A DNA stretch of 64,000 nt from Candidatus Eiseniibacteriota bacterium (GTDB lineage: Bacteria; Eisenbacteria; RBG-16-71-46; JABDJR01). Below are positions 56,966-64,000 of this stretch, one piece after another. The first letter of the stretch is position 1; every line of letters starts with the position of its first letter. The translations under genes and the position numbers were made by a program. Below the pieces are notes generated by a model. That model did no database searches and was not told where the DNA came from. It saw only the letters and a list, made by a program, of their open reading frames with translations. The DNA lies in contig CAWANH010000029.1 of the NCBI GenBank assembly GCA_963783375.1, positions 1,376,001 through 1,440,000 of the forward strand. The letters are read 5' to 3'.

Positions 56966-58438
56966 GTGAGCCGCCTCCATCTCGTCCTGGCCGCCGTTCT
57001 CCTAGGCATCGCCGTTTCCGCGTCCAGCCCACCGTCCACCTCCGCCTGCACCTGCCGCCCGACGGATCTCCTGAGCGCGCTCCTGGACTCCGACGTCATC
57101 TTCAGCGGCACCGCGGTCTGGTCGGCCGACCCCCGCGCGGGAGAGTCGACCATCAGCAGCGCGGATCCGATCCACTACCACTTCGCGGTGGACCGGGTCT
57201 ACAAGGGCGAAGCTGCGGATAGCCTCCTCGTGATCTCGGCCCGCTTCGGCGCGTCCTGCGGCTACTCGTTCAAGCCCGGCAAGCGCTACCTGGTGTATGC
57301 GTGGGCACACAACGACACCCTTACCACCGGCCTTTGCACCCGGAACGCGCCCCTCGAGCGGGCCGGGGAGGATCTCGCGTTCCTGGAGACCGTCCCCAAC
57401 GGCACCGCGGCGGAGGTGGACGCGGCCCTCACCGCCTCGGCCCGGGACAGTCTGGACGATCCCCGCCCCGAAGTCCGGAGCCGCGCCTTGAGCGTCTACG
57501 CGGCAACCGCGGACCCGGCGGCGGTCCGCCACGCGCTGCTCAAAGCGCTCCAAGACCCCGCGATCCGGGTCCGCGCGACGGCGCTCAATAGCTGGCAACT
57601 CCGGATCGGCCGCGACAACGCGCCCCTGGCCCCCGTCCTGCCCCTCCTCCAGGACCCCGAGCCCTACCTCCGCCAGCTAGCCGTCGGAGCGCTGGCCGGC
57701 GCCCGGCAGAATGCCGACTCCGCGGCGGCCGCGCTGATCCCGCTGACCCGCGACCCCGACCTCGAGGTGCGGCGGGCGGTGGCCAACACCTTGAAGAACC
57801 TGGACGACGCCGCGCCCGCCGCCCGGGAACTGCTGCTCGAGATGTGGCGGACCGATCCCTCGAGCCGGGTCCGGGTGGCGGCGCTTTGCGGCCTACCCGT
57901 GGAACGGCCGCCCTCGGAGGAAACCGTGGCGCGGTTGCAGGCGGCGGCACGGGACACGTCTCCCGAGGTGCGCGCCGCCGCCACCGTGATGCTGGGGTAT
58001 TCCAGCCTCGCCGAGGACCCCTGGTCCGCGGTGCTCCGGGTCGGCCTCCTCGCCGATCCCGACCCGCGGGTGCGCAATTCGGCGGGGACCTCCGTTCGCG
58101 CCCGGGGAACCGACGTCTGGCGCCGCGTCCCGCCCGGGGCCATCCTGCCGGTGCTCGCCGAGGCGGCAAAGGACACCGCGTACGGCGTGTACAGCAGCGC
58201 CCTCGCCGTTCTGGGCATGACCGGACGGCGGGAGGCGGCGCCGATCCTGGTGAGCGCCCTCGACGATCCCCGGGACGCGGTGCGGAACCTGGCGCTCTAC
58301 GCCCTCGGCGACCTGGGACCCGCCGCAGTCACCGCGGTTCCCCGCCTCCGGCAGCTCGAGGCACAGTCCTACGGGCGCACCAAGGCACTGGTGGGCAACA
58401 CCCTGCGGAGGATCGAGGCCTCGGGCGGCGGGCGGTAG
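56966..58438 (+). CDS. Exported protein with TIMP/NTR-like N-terminal domain plus HEAT repeats
   Basis: Signal peptide then CTCRP; SCGYSF.PG.RYLVYA; TGLCTRN; repeated L.DP...VR..A. Confidence 0.72.
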   Translation: MSRLHLVLAAVLLGIAVSASSPPSTSACTCRPTDLLSALLDSDVIFSGTAVWSADPRAGESTISSADPIHYHFAVDRVYKGEAADSLLVISARFGASCGYSFKPGKRYLVYAWAHNDTLTTGLCTRNAPLERAGEDLAFLETVPNGTAAEVDAALTASARDSLDDPRPEVRSRALSVYAATADPAAVRHALLKALQDPAIRVRATALNSWQLRIGRDNAPLAPVLPLLQDPEPYLRQLAVGALAGARQNADSAAAALIPLTRDPDLEVRRAVANTLKNLDDAAPAARELLLEMWRTDPSSRVRVAALCGLPVERPPSEETVARLQAAARDTSPEVRAAATVMLGYSSLAEDPWSAVLRVGLLADPDPRVRNSAGTSVRARGTDVWRRVPPGAILPVLAEAAKDTAYGVYSSALAVLGMTGRREAAPILVSALDDPRDAVRNLALYALGDLGPAAVTAVPRLRQLEAQSYGRTKALVGNTLRRIEASGGGR

Positions 58439-58543
58439 ACTCCCGGGTCACGCGGCAAGCCCGAGAGGCCCGGCGTGGAGCCCCGGCCCACCCCCGTGCT
58501 ACCCTCCGCCCGCAATCAACCGACCCATAGGAGCACCCCGCCC

Positions 58544-59311
58544 ATGCGCATCACCACCTGGAACGTGAACTCGGTCCGGGCGCGGCTCGACCGGGTGATC
58601 GCCTGGCTCGAAGCCAACCGGCCCGACCTCCTCTGCATGCAGGAGATCAAGACCCTCGAGGAGACCTTTCCCCGCGAGGCGTTCGAAGCCATCGGCTACC
58701 GGCTGGCCATCCACGGACAGAAGACCTACAACGGGGTGGCGTTCGCCTCGCGCACCGAGCCGGCGGAGATCACCCGCGGCATGCCCGGCGACCCCGAGGA
58801 CGCCGAGGCCCGGATCATCGCCGCCACCGTGGACGGGGTGCGGGTGGTGAACGTCTACGTCGTCAACGGGAAGGCGGTCGGCGACCCCAAGTACGACCAC
58901 AAGCTCGGCTGGCTGGACCGCTTCCGGGACTACCTTCGGACCGAGCTGGAACGGCGCCCCGCGCTCCTCGTCTGCGGCGACTTCAACATCGCCCCCGAGG
59001 ACCGGGACGTCCACGACCCGGACCTCTGGCGCGGCAAGGTGCTTTTCAGCGATCCGGAGAAGGAAAAGTTCCGCGCGCTCCTGGATCTCGGGCTCGCCGA
59101 CGCTCTCCGCCTGCACAATTCCGACGACGGTGTTTATACTTGGTGGGACTATCGCATGGGGGGCTTCCGCCGGAACCTCGGGGTGCGGTTGGATCACTTC
59201 CTGGCCAGCGACGCCGCCGCGGCGCGCATCCGGGAGGTGACCGTCGACCGCGAGGAACGAGGCGGCGAGAAACCCTCCGACCATGCCCCGGTCACCGCGA
59301 TCCTCGACTGA
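58544..59311 (+). CDS. xth: Exodeoxyribonuclease III
   Basis: TWNVNSVR, QEIK, YNGVA, GDFNIAP, YTWWDYR and SDHAPV. Confidence 0.95.
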   Translation: MRITTWNVNSVRARLDRVIAWLEANRPDLLCMQEIKTLEETFPREAFEAIGYRLAIHGQKTYNGVAFASRTEPAEITRGMPGDPEDAEARIIAATVDGVRVVNVYVVNGKAVGDPKYDHKLGWLDRFRDYLRTELERRPALLVCGDFNIAPEDRDVHDPDLWRGKVLFSDPEKEKFRALLDLGLADALRLHNSDDGVYTWWDYRMGGFRRNLGVRLDHFLASDAAAARIREVTVDREERGGEKPSDHAPVTAILD

Positions 59312-59352
59312 CCGGAGCGGGTGGTCCCGAACCGGGAAACGTGACGCTGCTC

Positions 59353-60312
59353 ATGATCGAACATCCCGAATCCGAAGAACCCGTCGCCCCGACGGTGGAC
59401 GAGCCGGCCCTTCGCCGGGTCCATTACAACGCCGTCATCCTCGGGGAGCGGATGCTTCACGGCGCGGTGATGGTGATCCGGGTCAAGCCCGACGGCCCCC
59501 TCCCTCCGGCGCTCCCCGGACAGTGGATGGAGCTGGGCCTGGGGATCTGGGAACCGGTCATGCCGGGGGCCGAGGCCGGGAGCGCCCGGCGCTCCGCTTC
59601 GGACTCGGTGGTGCGGCGCGCCTACTCCATCAGCTCCCCGATCCTCACCCCCGATCACTCGAAATTGATCGACCCCGGGGACGAGGAAGCCTTCGAGTTC
59701 TTCCTGAGCCTGGTGTTCCCTCCCGCCCAGCGCGCGGCCCGGGTGCCGAACCTGACCGGCCGGCTCTTCTGCCTCCAGGAGGGGGACCGGCTCTTCATGT
59801 CTTCCCAACCGATGGGAAGCTACACCCTGGACGGGTTGACGCCGGGACAGGACGTTCTCTTCCTGGCCACCGGAACCGGTGAGGCCCCTCACAACCGGAT
59901 GATCTGGGAACTCCTGCGTAGCGGACACCCGGGGCGGATCGCCTCCGTGGTCTCGGTTCGCCACTGGGACGATCTCGCCTACAACGAGGTCCACCGCCGG
60001 CTGACCGTGATGTACCCCCACTATCGCTACGCCGCCTTCGCCACCCGGGAGCCGGAGAGCCGGGGACGGCATCTCCAGGATCTGCTCCTCGACGGCACCC
60101 TGGAGCGGATGGCCGGATTCCCCATCGATCCGGAGAGCACGCAGATCTTCCTGTGCGGAAACCCCGCGATGATCGGGCCGCCGAGGCTCCTGAGCGGGAA
60201 GCGTTCCTACCCGGACACCACCGGGATGGTGGAGCTTCTGGAGCGGGAGTACGGGATGACCGCCGATCTCCGAGGGGCCCCGGCCAACCTCCACTTCGAG
60301 CGGTACTGGTAG
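59353..60312 (+). CDS. fpr: Ferredoxin/flavodoxin-NADP+ reductase
   Basis: RRAYSISS, LATGTGEAP, FLCGNPAM and C-terminal ERYW. Confidence 0.85.
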   Translation: MIEHPESEEPVAPTVDEPALRRVHYNAVILGERMLHGAVMVIRVKPDGPLPPALPGQWMELGLGIWEPVMPGAEAGSARRSASDSVVRRAYSISSPILTPDHSKLIDPGDEEAFEFFLSLVFPPAQRAARVPNLTGRLFCLQEGDRLFMSSQPMGSYTLDGLTPGQDVLFLATGTGEAPHNRMIWELLRSGHPGRIASVVSVRHWDDLAYNEVHRRLTVMYPHYRYAAFATREPESRGRHLQDLLLDGTLERMAGFPIDPESTQIFLCGNPAMIGPPRLLSGKRSYPDTTGMVELLEREYGMTADLRGAPANLHFERYW

Positions 60313-60313
60313 C

Positions 60314-61396
60314 TCAGCCCACCTCGAGCATCCGGTCGAGCGCGATCCGCGCCCGCACCCGGATCTCCTCCGGCACCTCGATCACGTACTGCTCCCGCCG
60401 GAGCGATTCCAGGGTGTCCTCGAGGGTGATCTCGTTCATGTGGGGGCAGCGCACGCTGCAGAGGCGGATCATCTCGCGCTGGGGATTCTTGGCCGCGATG
60501 TTGTCCCCCATGCTGCACTCGGTGAGGAGCAGGTAACGCCCGCTCTGCATGTTCTCCACGTAGCGGATCATGGCGGTGGTGCTGCCGGAGAAATCCGAGG
60601 CCGCCACCACCGCCGGGCTGCATTCGGGATGGGCCAGGACCACCGCGTCGGGGAACTGCTTGCGGACGTTCTCGATGTCCTCGACGGTGAACTTGTCGTG
60701 GACCTCGCAGCGGCCGCCCCAGCCGATGATGGCGTTCTGGAGCCTGGCCGCGTCGGCGGCGCCGTCTCCGGACCCGCCGTTTCCGTCCGGGCCCGGGACG
60801 ATGAACTCCATCCCGGTCTCCCGGGCCACGTTCCCCCCCAGGTACTCGTCGGGTAGGAAGATGATCCGGTCGTGCCCTTTCGCCTTCAGCTTCCGCACCA
60901 TGTCCTCGGCATTCCCCGAGGTGACGCAGTAGTCCGACTCGGCCTTCACGTCCGCGTAGGTGTTGACGTAGGTCACCACCGGCACCCCGGGGTAGCGTGC
61001 CTTGAGCCGCCGGACGTCCCCGGCGGTGATGCTGGCGGCCAGGGAGCACCCCCCCTTGGCGCTGGGGAGGAGCACCTTCCGTCCCGGGTTCAGGATCTTG
61101 GCCGTCTCGGCCATGAAGCGCACGCCGCAAAAGATCACGATATCCGCCGCGGCCTCGGCGGCCACCCGGCTCAGGTAGAGGGAGTCCCCGGTGTAGTCGG
61201 GCACGGAGTGGTAGAGCACGGGCTCCATGTAGTTGTGCCCGAGGATGATCGCGTTCTTCTCGCGCTTGAGGCGGTTCACCTCGACGGCGAGCTCGGCCTT
61301 GGCCTGGAGCTCGAAGTCCGGGACGACATCGGCCAGCCGCTCGCGGAGGCGATCCAGCATGGAGGGAACGGTGTCGGGATAGATGATGGTGCTCAT
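60314..61396 (-). CDS. nadA: Quinolinate synthase
   Basis: GHNY, GDSL, FCGVRFMAETAKILNP, CSLA, HPEC and CPHM. Confidence 0.95.
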   Translation of the reverse strand: MSTIIYPDTVPSMLDRLRERLADVVPDFELQAKAELAVEVNRLKREKNAIILGHNYMEPVLYHSVPDYTGDSLYLSRVAAEAAADIVIFCGVRFMAETAKILNPGRKVLLPSAKGGCSLAASITAGDVRRLKARYPGVPVVTYVNTYADVKAESDYCVTSGNAEDMVRKLKAKGHDRIIFLPDEYLGGNVARETGMEFIVPGPDGNGGSGDGAADAARLQNAIIGWGGRCEVHDKFTVEDIENVRKQFPDAVVLAHPECSPAVVAASDFSGSTTAMIRYVENMQSGRYLLLTECSMGDNIAAKNPQREMIRLCSVRCPHMNEITLEDTLESLRREQYVIEVPEEIRVRARIALDRMLEVG

Positions 61397-61454
61397 GGCC
61401 GATCCATTCTACTCTCCGCCCTCACGGTGAGCCAGGGTCCAGTTCGCGTCCGGA

Positions 61455-61901
61455 TCAGGCCGCCGGCTCCCGATCCGCCGCCGGGGCGCCGGACCGCCCC
61501 CGCCGGAAGAGCCCGACGCGATTGAGAAGCCGGTCCAGGGAGAAGAGCCCGCCCCCGTGGGCCATGAAGAAGAGCGCGATGACCGCATAGGTGAGCGCCA
61601 GCTCCTTTCTTCCCCACGGATCGCCGCCGTGAACCACCAGCGCCGCTCCCAGCATGGTTCCGAAGATGAAGAGCGCGGCCACCCGGGTGGCGAGGCCCAG
61701 GGCGAGAAGTATCCCGCCCAGGAACTCCGAGAGCAGGGCGATCGTCCCCATGACGAGCGGGGCGGGGAACTTCTGGAGGGAGTCCCCGGCCAGGAACGTT
61801 TCGTGGTTCACGAGCTTGCGGATGCCGTGGGCGAAGACGAAGTTGAGGCCGATCCAGACCCGGAGGGCGAAGATCCCGAACTCGGTGATTCTCGACTGCA
61901 T
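61455..61901 (-). CDS. DoxX-family membrane protein
   Basis: HGIRKL, EFLGGILLALGL.TR and GGGLFSLD; SD AAGGAG before ATG 61901. Confidence 0.88.
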   Translation of the reverse strand: MQSRITEFGIFALRVWIGLNFVFAHGIRKLVNHETFLAGDSLQKFPAPLVMGTIALLSEFLGGILLALGLATRVAALFIFGTMLGAALVVHGGDPWGRKELALTYAVIALFFMAHGGGLFSLDRLLNRVGLFRRGRSGAPAADREPAA

Positions 61902-62247
61902 GCACGCTCCTTGTGGATTCGGGAAAGGCGACGACGCGCCGGGGACGGGTGCGGTGTCGGTGCTACCCCGGCGAACCGCCGGTATTCCTCGAATCAGATA
62001 GGATAACTCATCGGTACGACTTGCCCGGATTCGAGCATGCGCCATGGATCGCCGCGACCCCGCACCCCCCCTTCCGAGGAAGATCCCCTTGTACCGTCAA
62101 CTTCTTGGCGCGCTTCTCCTTGTCGGCTTGGCGGGCCTCGCCGCCCCCATCGAACTCGCCGTCTCCGCCGCCCGATTTGCCCCCCCGGCGCCGAACGCGT
62201 AAGCTCCGCCTTCGAGACGCGGGAAGGGGATCCGAGGGAGGAACGGC

Positions 62248-62466
62248 ATGAGCGATGATCTGGTGATGGTGAGGCGGTTCGACAACGAGGTGGAGGCGGA
62301 GATCGCGCGCGGCGAGCTCGAGGCCTCGGGAATTCCCGCCGTGGTCCTGAAGGACGATGCCGGAGGGATGTACCCCTTCCTTCAGGGAGCGAGCGGGGTC
62401 CGGCTCATGGTCGCACCGGACGACGCCGAGCGGGCCGCGGACATCCTGGAGTTGGGCTCGGACTGA
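62248..62466 (+). CDS. DUF2007-family small protein
   Basis: EAEIARGELEASGIPAVV...VRLMV...AERA; SD GAGGGAGG. Confidence 0.8.
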   Translation: MSDDLVMVRRFDNEVEAEIARGELEASGIPAVVLKDDAGGMYPFLQGASGVRLMVAPDDAERAADILELGSD

Positions 62467-62520
62467 CCGGGCGGCGATGATCGCCCACCGAGGCCACGAC
62501 TTGCGCGCACCCGACTCCCC

Positions 62521-63852
62521 ATGACCCGAACCCTTCCGGACGGTCCCGCCCCCGGCGGCCGCGCCGCCGAAGTCTTGATCGCCTTCGCGCTTCTCTCGCT
62601 GGGAGGGGCGTTCGCCTGGGCGGTCGCGGCGCCGTCGCTCCTCCACGGTTCCTTCTACCTCCCTCACGTCTTGGCGTTGACCCACGCCATGACCCTGGGT
62701 TGGGTGACCTCGGCGGCCATCGGCGTCTTCCTCCGCCTCTCCCCCCCCATCCTCGGAACCCGGCCCAAGGGGCCTCGGGAAAGCGCGGTTCTCTTCGTCC
62801 TCTGGTTCCTGGGCGCGACGGGAACCGCCTTCCACATGGGCGAGGGGGACTGGTTCGGAGTGTGGACGGGGGGAGCGCTGTTGACCGCCGCGGTGGTCCT
62901 CTTCGCGGCGCTCCATCACGACGTCTTTCGCCGGGCGTTCCGCGGAGACTGGATGGCCGCCTATGCCGCGGGCGCCATGGTGAACCTGCTCCTGGCCGCG
63001 GCGGCGGGCACCGCCCTCGGCTGGGCGCGCGGCCTCGGGTGGTTTCCCCCGACGCCATGGGCCGGGGTGGGGGCTCACTTTCTCCTGGCCGAGGCCGGGT
63101 GGGTCACGGTGCTGATCCTGGGGTTCGGGCGCAAGCTCCTCCCCACCCTGGCTCCGGCGAGGGAACGGGACCGGTGGGAGTCCCCGCTCCGCTTCGGGAC
63201 GCTCATGATCGGAACCTGGGGCTCGGCGGCGTGCGTGCTGCTCGCGCCCCGCTGGCTTCCGATCCCCGCGCTCGTCCTGGCCGGCTCGATCTTCCTCCAC
63301 CTTGCGCGCCCCCTGGCCAAGTGGCTGGGCGGGCGGGTGCGGGACCGGGCGAGTTCCTGGGGGACGGCGGCCCTGGCCTGCCTCGCGCTGGCCACGCTTC
63401 TGGGGCTTGCCCTCGCCCTCGGACTCTTCCCGGCCACCGCCCGTCCCCGGGCGCTCTTCGCCTACGGATTCCTGGCCCTGATCGGGTGGAACACGCTGGC
63501 CATCGCATCGTTCGCGCTCAAGCTCTTTCCGATGTGGGTGTGGCAGGTACGGTTCCAGAAGGACCTGGGGAAACGACCGGTCCCGGCCATGATGGACCTC
63601 TACAGCCACCGGCTCCAGCACGCCACCGGGGCCGCGCTCTTCGCCGGCTCGCTCGCCGGAGCCGCGGGGCTGTTGCTGGGCGTCGCGCCGCTCACCGACT
63701 GGGGGGTGCGCCTGGCCGCCGCCGGCGTGCTCTGCTTCCTGGTCAACTTCGCCCTGATCCTTCGCTGGCGGATCCCGTCGGTGGCCTACCGCCCCGACGA
63801 GGAGGACCGGCGGAAGTTCGAGGAGACGTGGGGGGGACACGCGGCGGATTGA
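62521..63852 (+). CDS. Polytopic membrane protein (12 TM, heme-copper oxidase/NnrS-associated type)
   Basis: LTHAMTLGW, HFLLAEAGW and KLFPMWVW. Confidence 0.6.
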   Translation: MTRTLPDGPAPGGRAAEVLIAFALLSLGGAFAWAVAAPSLLHGSFYLPHVLALTHAMTLGWVTSAAIGVFLRLSPPILGTRPKGPRESAVLFVLWFLGATGTAFHMGEGDWFGVWTGGALLTAAVVLFAALHHDVFRRAFRGDWMAAYAAGAMVNLLLAAAAGTALGWARGLGWFPPTPWAGVGAHFLLAEAGWVTVLILGFGRKLLPTLAPARERDRWESPLRFGTLMIGTWGSAACVLLAPRWLPIPALVLAGSIFLHLARPLAKWLGGRVRDRASSWGTAALACLALATLLGLALALGLFPATARPRALFAYGFLALIGWNTLAIASFALKLFPMWVWQVRFQKDLGKRPVPAMMDLYSHRLQHATGAALFAGSLAGAAGLLLGVAPLTDWGVRLAAAGVLCFLVNFALILRWRIPSVAYRPDEEDRRKFEETWGGHAAD

Positions 63853-63936
63853 CGCGGCCTCCGCGCCCGGGAACGCGATGGCATCCCCGGGGTTCCGCGT
63901 TCCCCCGGTGAGCCCCGCGCCACCGGCCCGGCCCGG

Positions 63937-64000
63937 CTACGACGCGGCGTGGGCGGCGGGCATGACGTAGAGCGCGATGGCCATGAAGTGGCAGACGCTT
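63937..64000 (-). CDS. C-terminal fragment of a hemolysin III/PAQR-family membrane protein
   Basis: Hand translation SVCHFMAIALYVMPAAHAAS* resembles the HlyIII C-terminal motif. Confidence 0.55.
   Translation of the reverse strand, partial: SVCHFMAIALYVMPAAHAAS

Overview
GC-rich bacterial chromosomal window. The FlgD-Ig C-terminal domains and a C-terminal TWxxIKxxY tail suggest an FCB-group lineage such as Eisenbacteria or Krumholzibacteria; this is inference only. It carries housekeeping and metabolic genes (ygfZ, iscA, infA, a 2-oxoacid oxidoreductase operon, hemF, topA, modABC, xth, fpr, nadA), several large secreted proteins, a metal-uptake operon headed by a CxxC/RAPP leader peptide, two IS elements and an HNH gene. 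The standout is a candidate undescribed peptide export/processing system at about 26.7-37.5 kb. It has three HlyD-type adaptor genes, one fused to a PqqD/RRE-like domain plus an M50 site-2 protease and one fused to GAF domains with an acidic insert. It also has a STAS protein, a sensor-less sigma-54 activator and a 206-aa protein made of a 33-aa leader plus 21 tandem LAPKQ(I/V)xA octapeptides, which has its own sigma-54 promoter, candidate enhancer palindrome, strong SD and terminator. The locus is split by IS630 and IS1182 elements stacked at one CTAG site. No rRNA, tRNA or CRISPR array was recognised.
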